Notes: a model not told the origin generated them from the letters alone. A stretch of 64,000 bases of DNA from Alphaproteobacteria bacterium (GCA_965220745.1 CBDCQT010000012.1:192001-256000), one strand, 5' to 3'. Counted from the stretch's first letter, positions 48,112-58,304 are shown. Made by a program: numbers and translations.

Positions 48112-49554
48112 GTGAGCGAATTCGATCTGGTGATCCGCAACGGCAGGATCGCGACGGCGGCGGACGTCTTCACCGGCGACATCGGCATCGTGGACGGCAG
48201 AATCGAGGCCATGGCGTCCACCCTCGGCCAGGGGCGCGAGGAGATCGACGCTGCGGGTCGAACCATCACCCCCGGCGGCATCGACGGGCACATCCACCTG
48301 GAGCAACGCCTGCCCGACGGCGCCGAGATCGCCGACAACTTCTATACCGGCTCGCGCTCGGCCGCGTGCGGGGGCACGACGACCATCATCCCCTTCGCCT
48401 TTCAGGACCACGGCGCATCGCTGAGCCAGGTGCTCGCCGATTACCGCGAGAGCGCCGAGGGACGCTGCTTCATCGACTACGCCTTCCACGCCATCATCAC
48501 CGACCCCACCGCGCAGGTGCTGAACCAGGAGCTGCCCTCGCTCGTGCGCGAGGGCTACACCTCCTACAAGCTCTACATGACCTACGAGGGCCTGCAGCTC
48601 ACCGATCGCCAGGTGCTCGACGTGCTGACCGCGATGCGCCGCGAGCAGGCGATCAGCATGGTGCACGCGGAGAACACGGAGTTCATCGAGTGGTTGACCG
48701 AGCGACTGGTGGACAAGGGCCTGACCGCGCCCAAGTACCATACGAAGGCGCACCCCGTGATCGGCGAACGCGAGGCCACGCACCGCGCCATGTCCATGTC
48801 CGAGCTCGTGGGCGTGCCCATCGTGCTCGTGCACGTCTCCGCGCGCGAGGTGGTAGAGCAGATCGACTGGGCCCGTGCCAGGGGCCTCGCGATCCATGCC
48901 GAGACCTGCCCCCAGTATCTGCTGCTGACCGAGGATGCCTACGACGTGGAGGGCTTCGAGGGGGCGAAGTTCATCTGCACGCCGCCGCCCCGCACCGCCG
49001 ACGATCAGGAGGCGATCTGGGCCGCGCTCGCCCGCGATGTCTTCGACATCGTCTCCTCGGACCACTCACCGTTTCGCTACGCCGACCCCAAGGGCAAGCA
49101 GATCGCCGGGACAAGCGCCGGCTTTCACAAGGTGCCGAACGGCGTCCCCGGCGTGGAGACGCGGATGCCACTGCTCTACTCAGAAGGCGTGCTCAAGGGA
49201 CGGATCGACGTCAACCAGTTCGTCAGGATGACGTCCACCAACGTCGCCAAGCTCTACGGCCTCTATCCGCGCAAGGGGGCGATCGCGCTCGGCGCCGACG
49301 CCGACCTGGTGATCTGGGATGAGGACACGCCGGTCACCGTCACCAACGACCGGCTGCACCATGACTGCGACTACACCCCTTACGAGGGGATGACCCTCGG
49401 GGCGTGGCCCGCCGTCACGCTGTCGCGGGGGCGCCCGGTGTGGCGCGATGGCGCGCTCTGCGTGGACGCCGGACACGGAGAGTTCCAGGCCTGCGAACGT
49501 CCCGCCGTCGCGCGCGCGCCGCGCCCGACCCGGATCCCTGAACTCATTCAGTAG
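48112..49554 (+). CDS. hydA: Dihydropyrimidinase / D-hydantoinase
   Basis: PGGIDGHIH, SYKLYMTY (carboxylated Lys), VHAEN, VHVS, AETCPQYL, SSDHSPF, VPNGVPGVETR. Confidence 0.9.
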   Translation: MSEFDLVIRNGRIATAADVFTGDIGIVDGRIEAMASTLGQGREEIDAAGRTITPGGIDGHIHLEQRLPDGAEIADNFYTGSRSAACGGTTTIIPFAFQDHGASLSQVLADYRESAEGRCFIDYAFHAIITDPTAQVLNQELPSLVREGYTSYKLYMTYEGLQLTDRQVLDVLTAMRREQAISMVHAENTEFIEWLTERLVDKGLTAPKYHTKAHPVIGEREATHRAMSMSELVGVPIVLVHVSAREVVEQIDWARARGLAIHAETCPQYLLLTEDAYDVEGFEGAKFICTPPPRTADDQEAIWAALARDVFDIVSSDHSPFRYADPKGKQIAGTSAGFHKVPNGVPGVETRMPLLYSEGVLKGRIDVNQFVRMTSTNVAKLYGLYPRKGAIALGADADLVIWDEDTPVTVTNDRLHHDCDYTPYEGMTLGAWPAVTLSRGRPVWRDGALCVDAGHGEFQACERPAVARAPRPTRIPELIQ

Positions 49555-50082
49555 GCAGCCTTCAGCAGGGCCAGGCGACTCTGCGAGCATCACTCGCCCG
49601 CCCAGAATCGTCCGGTCGGAATTCGCGTATCTCAAGGCAGTTCGCATCAGCCGCCCGGTGCTAAGGGAAAGGGCAGGAATGAACGCGTACGGGTGAGCCA
49701 GGCAACACGGCGGCTCTGCGGACGCGTTCGCCGCCGGTGCACGCCGGCATCTCGCTCGCAACGGCCGCTACTCCCACGACTACAAATTCACCGAGGCTGC
49801 CCTGGAGAACTACAGGGAAATGGCGCCTACCGCATGGCGGGACCGGAATTTCGCCGCTTCGATGGCATACTTCACAGGGTCTGCAACGGCGCCGAGCCCC
49901 GTTGCTCAAGAGGCGCTGCAGTTGCTTGGGTAAGGAGAACCGACACTGAAGGGCGGCTGCGCCTGCGAAGCCTGAGGCGAAGACCTGCGGCGCCGGCCGC
50001 TAGACGGGCAAGGTCCAGAGGCGGCGCCGCAGCCAACCCGTGCGATAGTGTCGCGAGCTCACCCGCCGGAGGACCACCGCGC

Positions 50083-50637
50083 ATGTCCAGAGTACCCCTC
50101 GCCGATCCGCAAGACCTGCCGCCCTTCCTCAAGACCATGCACGACGGTGCTGGTGCGGAGGACTGGTCGACCCGCCATTGCGCCCGCGCCTTCGCGGCGC
50201 ACCCGGACATCCTGGAGCGCTATCTCGCCTTCTACTATCCCTTCCACGCGAGCGAGCCGGGAAGCCTGTTGGACTGCCGCACAAAAGAGCTGGTGAGACT
50301 GCGCATCGCCACCCTCAACGGCTGTAAGACCTGCAAGGCCGCTCGGCTCGCGCCCAGCGAGGTGAGCGAGCAGGAGGCGGCGGTCGGAGTCGACGACCTG
50401 GCCGAAGCAGAGTTCTCCTCGAGGGAACGCGCCGCGCTCACCCTCGCTGAGCAGATGGCACTCGACCACCATAGCTTCGACGACGGGGCGATGCGCGCGT
50501 TACGTCAGCACTTCTCGCGGGCCGAGACCCTCGAACTCATGATGATGATCGGCCAGTACATCGGCTTCGGCCGGATGCTGGCGATGCTCCAGCTCGAAGA
50601 GATACGCTGCTCCATCGGCCCAGTGGACGATACTTAG
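50083..50637 (+). CDS. AhpD/carboxymuconolactone decarboxylase family protein
   Basis: KELVRLRIATLNGCKTC (CxxC), FSSRERAAL, LRQHFS; ATG 50083 after GGAGG. Confidence 0.82.
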   Translation: MSRVPLADPQDLPPFLKTMHDGAGAEDWSTRHCARAFAAHPDILERYLAFYYPFHASEPGSLLDCRTKELVRLRIATLNGCKTCKAARLAPSEVSEQEAAVGVDDLAEAEFSSRERAALTLAEQMALDHHSFDDGAMRALRQHFSRAETLELMMMIGQYIGFGRMLAMLQLEEIRCSIGPVDDT

Positions 50638-50784
50638 AGCGCGTCCGTCTTTGACGGACGCGCGACAGGCCGCGACCGCGGCCCGCCGCTTATGCGGCGC
50701 CCTCGCGGAGGCGCCGGCCGTGGGCCGGCTGCCGTGAGCGACGAATCGCTAGAGCGTTTCCGTGTGAAGCGGAAACGCTCTAGC
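50634..50784. repeat. CIR/BRU-RS-like palindromic intergenic repeat
   Basis: TTAGAGC at the left end, internal hairpin GCGCGTCCGTC-TTT-GACGGACGCGC, and a 15-bp stem GCTAGAGCGTTTCCG...CGGAAACGCTCTAGC at the right end. Confidence 0.6.
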
Positions 50785-51568
50785 CCCAGACCGCCGGGTC
50801 CTTGAGGTAGTCGTGCACCACGCGGCCGAAGTTCAGGTCGAAGTCGACGACGGCGAAGAAGCCGCCCAGGATGCGCACGGGCGCCAGCTGATGCCATGAA
50901 TCGGCGGCGGTGCTCGCGAGCGTGAGCGCGGCACGGCCCGCGTAGAGCTCGGGGCTGCCGTCTCCGCTCTTGCGCAGCGCGCCCGTCACGTCGAGCCGCA
51001 CCAGCTCCGAGACGCTCGGTCGCTCCGCCGTCTCCGCGCTCGGGATGTGGCGGTAGGAAAGCACCGGCGATTCGGCAAGCTCGTCGGGCGAGGCCTTGCG
51101 GTCGCACACCATCGAGGCAGTCATCAGGCGCTGCCCGCGCGGCCGTTCCACCGTAAGCAACAGTTGCTCCATATAGGGCCTGACGTCGCCGCCCCAGTTG
51201 TGCTCGATCACGGCGACCTTCTTGGCGTAGCCCCAGATCTCGCGGCCGGCGCCGAGAGGGATATCGTTATCGACCAGGATCGCCGGCTGATACATGTAGC
51301 GCGTACCGTGCAGCGTCACGTCGACCATGACGAAGGCCTCGTGATAGGGGCCGAAGGCCGAGAACGGGACCCAGCGCGCCCACGAGGTGCAGATTACCGG
51401 ATCGTCTGCCGGCTCCACGTGGGGCGGCAGCAGCTCCACCACTGCGGTGCTGTCAGCCTCGTAGCGGATCATCAGGTCCTGCACGCCGCGGAAGGGATAG
51501 GGTGGGGCCTCATACATCGGGCCGCCCAGCGGCATGCTGAAGTGGCGCTTGAAGGTGGCGATGTCCAT
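50780..51568 (-). CDS. Acetoacetate decarboxylase family protein
   Basis: FSMP...PPYPF, SAFGPYHEA, GREIWGYAKK (Schiff-base Lys), VVHDYL. Confidence 0.88.
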   Translation of the reverse strand: MDIATFKRHFSMPLGGPMYEAPPYPFRGVQDLMIRYEADSTAVVELLPPHVEPADDPVICTSWARWVPFSAFGPYHEAFVMVDVTLHGTRYMYQPAILVDNDIPLGAGREIWGYAKKVAVIEHNWGGDVRPYMEQLLLTVERPRGQRLMTASMVCDRKASPDELAESPVLSYRHIPSAETAERPSVSELVRLDVTGALRKSGDGSPELYAGRAALTLASTAADSWHQLAPVRILGGFFAVVDFDLNFGRVVHDYLKDPAVWG

Positions 51569-51592
51569 GGCGGGTTTCCCTGGCGCGCGGGC

Positions 51593-52366
51593 CTAGCCGT
51601 TTTCCGTGTCGAGCGCGGACCAGTCGTCGAGCCTGCCGTAGAGGTAGGGCACAAATTCATCGGCCGGCAGGCGGGCCAACGGACGGCAGGTGGAAAGCAG
51701 GTCGCCCTCGATGTAGGAGGCGCCGCGCACCTCGCAGACCTCGATGTCGGCCAGCGGATCGTGCGCCGTCGAGCGCAGCGCGAGCGTGCCGGTCCCCTCG
51801 CGTCGCACCGTCAGATGATTGTCGAACTCGGCGAGCGTCAGCACGGGATCGTCCTCAAGGCCTGTACCGGTGCAGGACGGCAACGCCTTGATGTTGAAGT
51901 TGGCGCCCGTCTCGCGGCCAGCCTCACGCTCATGCGGCAGCGTCGCCTCGATCTCGATCACGCGTGTACCGAGCCGCTCGATATAGCCGTGCATGGCATT
52001 GCCGCGGCGCTGTAGGCGCGTCGTGGCCTGCTTCTTCGGCTCGCCGAAGAGGTCGCGCCCGAAGATGATCGCGTGGTCCTGATCCATAAACATCGCGAGC
52101 ACGTAGGGCGCCTCGATCTCCCCGTGCCGGGCCATGACGTAGATCGCGCCACCAGTGAAGTCAGCAACACAGTTGGAGCGCCAGCGGCCCACCATCGCGA
52201 TCACCAGCGGCTCCGCCACGGGCTCCAGCCCCGGCGGCAGGACCTCGGCCACGATCTCAGTCCGCGTGAGGAAATCGATCATCAGCATCTCGGCACCGAC
52301 GAAGCGCGGCCGCTTCATCACTGCCTCGATGCGCTTTACCTCCTCGGGCGTTTTCACGAAGCCCAT
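51593..52366 (-). CDS. Acetoacetate decarboxylase family protein
   Basis: VLPPGLEP, YVLAMFMD, GRDLFGEPKK, HDPL. Confidence 0.85.
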   Translation of the reverse strand: MGFVKTPEEVKRIEAVMKRPRFVGAEMLMIDFLTRTEIVAEVLPPGLEPVAEPLVIAMVGRWRSNCVADFTGGAIYVMARHGEIEAPYVLAMFMDQDHAIIFGRDLFGEPKKQATTRLQRRGNAMHGYIERLGTRVIEIEATLPHEREAGRETGANFNIKALPSCTGTGLEDDPVLTLAEFDNHLTVRREGTGTLALRSTAHDPLADIEVCEVRGASYIEGDLLSTCRPLARLPADEFVPYLYGRLDDWSALDTENG

Positions 52367-52401
52367 GGCGCGATCCTCCTGTTTCGGCCGGCGAGCGTCC
52401 C

Positions 52402-53109
52402 TCAGGCGCCCAGATAGGCGCGGCGCAGCCGCTCCGAATCCCTGAGCGCGTCGACGGTGCCGCTGAAGCTGACCTCACCGCCGGAGATGACGGTCCCGTT
52501 GTCGGCGACCCGGAGCGCGAAGTCCGCGTTCTGTTCGGCGACGACGATGGTGAGGCCCAGAGATTTGAGCGCGCGGAAGGTGTCGACGAGCGTGTTGATG
52601 ATGGCGGGCGCGAGGCCCAGCGTCGGCTCGTCCACCATGAGTAGCCTGGGCTGCGCCATCAAGCCGCGCGCAATGGTGAGTTGCTGCTGCTCTCCGCCCG
52701 AGAGCGTGCCGCCTGCTTGCCGGGCGCGCTCCTTGAGGATGGGGAACATCGCGTAGTTGCGCTCGATCAGCTCGCGCGTCTTCGCCCGTTCGCGGATGTG
52801 CACCGTGGCGCCCACCAGCAGATTGTCGAGTACGCTCATCTCCGGGAAGATGCGCCGCCCCTCGGGCACGTGGGCGATCCCGTCCAGCACGATCCGGTCC
52901 GGCGATCGCCGGAGAAGCGACTTCCCTTCGAAGTCGATCTGCCCCGCAAGCGGGCGCATGAGGCCGCTGATCGCCCGCAGGATCGACGTCTTGCCCGCGC
53001 CGTTGGGGCCGAGCAATGCGCAGACTTCCCCCTGATCCACCGACAGGTTGAAACCGCGCACCACGCGGTTCACACCGTAGACGAGCGTCAGGTTGTCGAT
53101 CGCCAACAT
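52402..53109 (-). CDS. livF: Branched-chain amino acid-type ABC ATPase
   Basis: GPNGAGKT, HVPEGRRIF, LSGGEQQQL, DEPTLGL. Confidence 0.9.
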   Translation of the reverse strand: MLAIDNLTLVYGVNRVVRGFNLSVDQGEVCALLGPNGAGKTSILRAISGLMRPLAGQIDFEGKSLLRRSPDRIVLDGIAHVPEGRRIFPEMSVLDNLLVGATVHIRERAKTRELIERNYAMFPILKERARQAGGTLSGGEQQQLTIARGLMAQPRLLMVDEPTLGLAPAIINTLVDTFRALKSLGLTIVVAEQNADFALRVADNGTVISGGEVSFSGTVDALRDSERLRRAYLGA

Positions 53110-53110
53110 C

Positions 53111-53860
53111 TCAGTGCTCGCCGCCGAGATAGATGCTGACCACCTGCTCGTTTGAGCGGATTTCGTCAGGTGTGCCCGAGACCAGCAGCGCGCCGTGATG
53201 CATGACGAACAGGTACTCGCACACGTCCATGACTACTTCCATGTTGTGGTCGATCAAGAGCGTGGTAAGCCCGCCCCGCTGGCATTCGCGCAGGTGCTCG
53301 ATCAGGTCGAAGGACTCCTCCCGGCTGAAGCCGGCGAAGGGCTCGTCCAGCAGGAGCACCTTGGGGCCGAGCGCAAGCGCCTGCGCAATCTCGGCGCGCC
53401 GGCGCAGCAGGTGGCTGAGATCGGTTGGCAGGTCGCCGCGGACGGCCTCCAGTTCGAAGAACTCGAGCAGCGCGTCGCAGCGCACGTCCTCGTCGCCGGT
53501 GCAGCCGGGGTAGCTCAAGTCGCGGCCTCCGTGCCGGCCGCCCCAGATCATCGCTGTCCTGATGTTTTCCTCCACCGACTCTTCGGTGAAGAGGCGGTTC
53601 TTCTGGTAGGTGCGGCTGAGGCCGCTGCGCGCGACCTTGTAAGACGGCAGACGGTGGATCGGCTTCGAGTCCAGCGTCACCGTGCCCGCATCGGGCGCCG
53701 CATGCTTGGTGACGAGGTTGACGAAGGTGGTCTTGCCGGCGCCGTTGGGCCCGATCAGGCCGACCAGCGCGCCGCGCGGCACGTCGAAGCTCACGTCGCG
53801 CACGGCTTCGACGCCGCCGAAGCGCTTGCTCAGGTTGCGGACCTCGAGGATCGCGTCCAT
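53111..53860 (-). CDS. livG: Branched-chain amino acid-type ABC ATPase
   Basis: LSKRFGG, GPNGAGKTT, DEPFAG, DHNM, IYLG. Confidence 0.88.
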   Translation of the reverse strand: MDAILEVRNLSKRFGGVEAVRDVSFDVPRGALVGLIGPNGAGKTTFVNLVTKHAAPDAGTVTLDSKPIHRLPSYKVARSGLSRTYQKNRLFTEESVEENIRTAMIWGGRHGGRDLSYPGCTGDEDVRCDALLEFFELEAVRGDLPTDLSHLLRRRAEIAQALALGPKVLLLDEPFAGFSREESFDLIEHLRECQRGGLTTLLIDHNMEVVMDVCEYLFVMHHGALLVSGTPDEIRSNEQVVSIYLGGEH

Positions 53861-53866
53861 CGGCCG

Positions 53867-54904
53867 CTACTGTCCCCTCGCGCCGCCGCCGAGCGCCTCG
53901 GCCACTCTCTGCCTGATGCCGGCGGACTCGAGGGCGAAGCGCCAGAGCAGATTGGCGCCGCCCCAGAGTCCACCGCGGAAGAACAACACCGTGACCACGA
54001 TCAGGCCACCGAGGACGATTTGGTTCCACTTGCCGAAATCCTGGATGAACTGATCGAGAACCACCAGGAAGACGACTCCGATGGCGGGTCCCAACAGCGT
54101 GCCGGAGCCGCCAATGATGACGTAGATCACGTACTGGAAAGAGCTCCAGATGGTGAACGAGCTCGGGTCGATGGCGATCTGCATGGAGGCATAGAGTGCA
54201 CCGGAGAGGCCTGCGAAGCCGGCGGCGAAGACGAAGACAAGCTGCTTGTAGCGGAAGACGTCGAGGCCGCGCGCAGCCGCAAGGTCCTCGTCCTGGCGGA
54301 TCGCGCTCAAGGCGCGCCCCACGTGGCCGCGCGCGAGCCACCACGAGGAGAACGCCGCGATCACGAGGAAGAAAAGCACCACGATAAGGAAGCGCGCATT
54401 GGTGACGAAGGCGTAGTCGCCGAGCGCGGGCCGTGCGATGCCGGCGGTGCCGTGCGGACCGCCGGTGAACCACTCCCAGCTGTCGAACATGATGTAGAGA
54501 AGCTGGCCGACGGCGAGGGTGCCGATGGCGAAGTGGTAGCCACGCAGCCGGAACAGCGGATAGCTCAGCAGATAAGCGAGCGCGCAGGTAATGATGATGG
54601 CGCAGGGCAGCGCGGCCCAGAAGTCGAACTCGAACTGTTGCACCGTGAGCACGCCCACCACGTAGGCGCCGACACCGACAAAGCCGCCCTGACCCATGGC
54701 GAGGTAGCCCATGTGGCCCATGAGCAGCCCGAAGGGGATGACCGCGATCATCGCCGTGCCCGCCCCCACCAGCAGGCGCAGGTGATAGTTGTTGTCGACA
54801 GTCGCCCAGAGGATGCCGAGGAAGGCGAGCAGGACGAGCCAGCCGATCACGGCCCGCGTGCTGCGGTCTCGAAGCGATATCTGTGGGGCTCGCAAGATCG
54901 TCAT
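53867..54904 (-). CDS. livM: Branched-chain amino acid-type ABC permease
   Basis: RLRGYHFAIGTL, FTGGPHG, GRALSAIRQDE, IIGGSGTLLGP. Confidence 0.9.
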   Translation of the reverse strand: MTILRAPQISLRDRSTRAVIGWLVLLAFLGILWATVDNNYHLRLLVGAGTAMIAVIPFGLLMGHMGYLAMGQGGFVGVGAYVVGVLTVQQFEFDFWAALPCAIIITCALAYLLSYPLFRLRGYHFAIGTLAVGQLLYIMFDSWEWFTGGPHGTAGIARPALGDYAFVTNARFLIVVLFFLVIAAFSSWWLARGHVGRALSAIRQDEDLAAARGLDVFRYKQLVFVFAAGFAGLSGALYASMQIAIDPSSFTIWSSFQYVIYVIIGGSGTLLGPAIGVVFLVVLDQFIQDFGKWNQIVLGGLIVVTVLFFRGGLWGGANLLWRFALESAGIRQRVAEALGGGARGQ

Positions 54905-55776
54905 GCGTTGCGATCCGGCAGACCGAAGAGCCCCTGCGGGCGGATCATGAGAATCGCCAGAAGCACCAGGAAGGGCACTAGATCGCCGAGCTTGGAGCCG
55001 ACGTAGAAGACCGTGAGGTTGTAGAGAATGCCGAGGATGAGGCCGGCGACGATTGAGCCCGCGATGCTGCCCATCCCGCCGAATATGATGATGACCAGCG
55101 CCATGAGCAGCGGCTGAAAGCCCATGTCCGGCCGCACGTTGAACAGCGCGCCGAGCATGGCACCGGCAGCACCGCCGAGCGCGCCGCCGAGGAAGAACAC
55201 GATCGCCGCCACGCGGCGCTTCTTGATGCCCATCAGGGCGGCGGTCTCCTCGCCCTGGGCAGTGGCGCGCATGGTGCGCCCGAGGTGAGTGCGGTAGACG
55301 ACGAAATAGAGTAACGCGAACAGGACGAGCGTAATGGCGATGGTGACCAGTCGCGCGCCGTCGATACGAATGTCGCCTGCCGTCAGCGCCCAGTCCTCCC
55401 CCGGCATGGCGATCGGTCGCGCCTCGAAGTCGCCCCAGATGCGAAGCGCCGTGGTACCGAGAACCATGTAGAGGCCGAGCGACGCCAGCAGCTGGTCGGT
55501 CAAGGGCCGCCGTTGAAGGAAGCGGAAGACCGCGTTCTCCAGCACGATGCTGAGCAGCCCCATGACGATCATGGCGGCGAAGAAGCCGACGAAGAAATGG
55601 GTACCGAGCTGCGTCGCGACCACGTAGGCCACGAAGCCGCCCAGCATGATGAGCTGGCCGTGGGCGAGGTTGATGACCCTGTAGACGCCGAAGATGAGGG
55701 CGAGGCCCGCCGCCGCGACGGCAAGGTTCATGCCATAGGAGGCGCCGTAGATCAGCTGCTGGGCGAACGCGGTCAC
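54901..55776 (-). CDS. livH: Branched-chain amino acid-type ABC permease
   Basis: GLALIFGV...INLAHG, LGRTMRA, IIFGGMGSI, RPQGLFG. Confidence 0.9.
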   Translation of the reverse strand: MTAFAQQLIYGASYGMNLAVAAAGLALIFGVYRVINLAHGQLIMLGGFVAYVVATQLGTHFFVGFFAAMIVMGLLSIVLENAVFRFLQRRPLTDQLLASLGLYMVLGTTALRIWGDFEARPIAMPGEDWALTAGDIRIDGARLVTIAITLVLFALLYFVVYRTHLGRTMRATAQGEETAALMGIKKRRVAAIVFFLGGALGGAAGAMLGALFNVRPDMGFQPLLMALVIIIFGGMGSIAGSIVAGLILGILYNLTVFYVGSKLGDLVPFLVLLAILMIRPQGLFGLPDRNA

Positions 55777-55914
55777 AGCCGAAGCCGCTCCGGCTGCGCG
55801 TCAGCGCCCAGCGATTGAGGGCAAAAGAGAGGCGGCGCGCACCCTCCCGGGCAGGCGCCGCCCCAGCGTCTGCTCAACCTGCGGAATCCGGCCTAAACCG
55901 TCCCCGCGGCGGAG

Positions 55915-57294
55915 TTATTTCGGCAACTTGTCGCCGTACACGTACGGCCCGTAGAAGAGCTCGTCCCGGTAACTGATGCCGGTGTACCAGACCTTCTCGT
56001 CTGCGACGCCAATGATGTACTCGGTCGCGAAGAGCTGGCCGGTTTTCTCGCCGGTATCGGGCCGGGTGAAGAACTCGTTTGTCGGCCCGCGCAGGCCGTT
56101 GATCTTCAGGTTGCGCCAGGCTTCCACGATCTTGTCGTTGTCGGTGTGGTCGCCCGAGGCCTGCACGCCGTAGAGGAACCAGATGGCGGCGTCGTAGGCG
56201 CCGCGATCGAACGGGCTCGAGTTCCCGACTTCAGTCTCGCCGTACTTCGCGTTGTAGATCGGCACGTATTTCTCGACGCGCGCCAGCGTGGCTTCGTCCT
56301 GCGCCGGGTTGTGCTCTTGCCAGCCCCAGACGTAACCCGACGACATGTTGATGCCTTGATCCTTGGCCACGTCGACGAAGATCTGGAGCATCAGCACGTC
56401 GTTGCCCAGCAGGATGATCTCGCCGGTCTCGTAGTTGAGCCCCTGCTTCTTCATCTCATTCATGATCGCCAGCATGTCGGGGAAGATGTAGGCGTCCATC
56501 AGGACGATGTCGGGGTCCTGTTCCGCGAGCTTGGCGACGTGGGGCGCGAAGTCCGTGGTGCCGAAGGGATAGAGCACCGCCCAGTCGTGCTGGTACTCGT
56601 ACCGGCCGCCGCCCTTCTCTACCGCTTCCTGCCAGCCGATAGAGCCGTGCACGGTGTAGAGCTCGTTGCGGCCGATGAAGCCGAGCTTCTTGCGCCCATC
56701 GAAGAGGGCGGGATCGATGCCGTGCTCCGCCAGCCTCTCGGGCGTCTCATGGATGAACTCGCCCATGGCGTGCTTCTCGATCACGCCGGTGTCGGTGATG
56801 TCGTGGCCATACTCGCGGCCCACGGTCATCGCCGGGCTCGAGCAGATCGCGCAGATGCTGATGATTCCCTGCGGATCGAGGATCGACGCGGCAGACAGCA
56901 GCGCCGAATTCATCCGGGGGCCCCAGATCGCGCGGGCTTCGTCCTGCTCGACCAGGCGGATGACGGCGTCGATCGACTTCTTGTCTTCGGAGACGTCGTC
57001 ATAGGCCGTCCACTCAATGGGGATGACCTTGTCGCCGATCTTGAGGCCGCCGCCCTCGCACGGTTGCGGTGGTACGGCTTCGACAATGCAATCGCCTTTC
57101 ATGAACTGCTCGACGGCGAGCCTCACGGCCGCTTCCTCGAAGAGCCCCAGGAACGAAGCCGGACCCGACAGCGTGAAGACGCCGCCAAACTTGAAGGTGT
57201 CTTCCGCCTTGGCCAGTTGCGGGCCGGCCACGAGCCCCGCACAGAGCGCCGCACCCAGCAGCCCTGCCCGAATTACGCCAAAGGATGATGCCAT
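55915..57294 (-). CDS. LivJ/LivK-type periplasmic binding protein (divergent)
   Basis: Signal peptide; FGGVFTLSGPAS, TTDFAPHVAKL, AYDAA. Confidence 0.8.
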   Translation of the reverse strand: MASSFGVIRAGLLGAALCAGLVAGPQLAKAEDTFKFGGVFTLSGPASFLGLFEEAAVRLAVEQFMKGDCIVEAVPPQPCEGGGLKIGDKVIPIEWTAYDDVSEDKKSIDAVIRLVEQDEARAIWGPRMNSALLSAASILDPQGIISICAICSSPAMTVGREYGHDITDTGVIEKHAMGEFIHETPERLAEHGIDPALFDGRKKLGFIGRNELYTVHGSIGWQEAVEKGGGRYEYQHDWAVLYPFGTTDFAPHVAKLAEQDPDIVLMDAYIFPDMLAIMNEMKKQGLNYETGEIILLGNDVLMLQIFVDVAKDQGINMSSGYVWGWQEHNPAQDEATLARVEKYVPIYNAKYGETEVGNSSPFDRGAYDAAIWFLYGVQASGDHTDNDKIVEAWRNLKINGLRGPTNEFFTRPDTGEKTGQLFATEYIIGVADEKVWYTGISYRDELFYGPYVYGDKLPK

Positions 57295-57396
57295 CTCCCT
57301 CTCCCTAAGTTCCGCGCTGTGCGCGCTACGATAAACCGCTCAAATTCGGTTCCGGAGTATGGTGAGCGCCCCAAATGGTGTCAAACGACGCTCCGG

Positions 57397-58185
57397 TCAC
57401 GAGCCGAACGCCTCGATCAGGGGACCGCGCCACCCGTGATTGGTCATGTCCAGCTGGATCGGCGTGACCGAGATCGCGTTTTCGTGGATCGCGTGGAGAT
57501 CGGTCCCGGGGTGTTTGCCGCCGTCCTTGTAGCTGATCTCGACCCAGAAATAGGGCACGTGGCGCGTGTCGATGCGCCCGTCGATGGTGAAGGAGCCCGG
57601 CGGACGCTGCCCCTGCGTCGTGATATGGACACCGCTCACCGCTTCCGGCGGCGCATCCGGGAAGTTGACGTTGACCAGCGTGCCCGACGGCCAGTCGGGC
57701 AGGCGCATGAGGGTCTCGATCACGTCAGGTGCGAAGGCTTCCGCCGTGGCCCAGAGCGCTTCGTCCCCCATGGTGAACACTTGGCTGAGCGCGATCGAGG
57801 GGATGCCGAGCAGGGTTCCTTCCATCGCCGCAGCGATGGTGCCCGAATAGGTCATGTCCTCCGCGAGGTTCGCGCCGCGATTGATGCCGGAGAGCAGGAC
57901 CGTGGGCGGGCTCTCGGTCATCAGCTCGTGGATCGCCATCAGCGCGCAGTCGGTGGGCGTACCGTCCACTGCGTAGCGCTTCTCGCCCATCTGGCGCAGG
58001 CGGATCGGTGTGTGCATCGAGATGGAATGGCCGGCGCCGCTCCGCTCGTGATCCGGCGCGACGACCCAGACGTCGTCCGTCAGGCTTCGCGCGGTCGCCT
58101 CAAGTATCTTGAGCCCCCTGGCGTGGATGCCGTCGTCGTTGGTGACCAGGATGCGGTGGTGGGAGAGATCGCTCTCCGCTGGCAT
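57397..58185 (-). CDS. surE: 5'/3'-nucleotidase SurE
   Basis: RILVTNDDG, ERSGAGHSIS, GTPTDC, SGINRGANL, YSGTIAAAMEG, ISVTPIQLD; ATG 58185. Confidence 0.95.
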   Translation of the reverse strand: MPAESDLSHHRILVTNDDGIHARGLKILEATARSLTDDVWVVAPDHERSGAGHSISMHTPIRLRQMGEKRYAVDGTPTDCALMAIHELMTESPPTVLLSGINRGANLAEDMTYSGTIAAAMEGTLLGIPSIALSQVFTMGDEALWATAEAFAPDVIETLMRLPDWPSGTLVNVNFPDAPPEAVSGVHITTQGQRPPGSFTIDGRIDTRHVPYFWVEISYKDGGKHPGTDLHAIHENAISVTPIQLDMTNHGWRGPLIEAFGS

Positions 58186-58304
58186 GGCGGGGATCCTTTC
58201 GGGCACGCGCGGCGGGGGCGGCAGTCTCTTCGCCGTGCCAACAGAGCGCAAGGACGCTTCCGAGTAACGCTGAAATGCGGGGCCGGCGATGCGGTGTGCC
58301 GGCA

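Noticed and set aside
49555-50082. N-terminal extension of the 314-aa ORF and possible gene scraps (HDYKFTEAALENY; TLKGGCAC)
   Set aside because: The real start with an RBS is at 50083; the scraps are too short to call.
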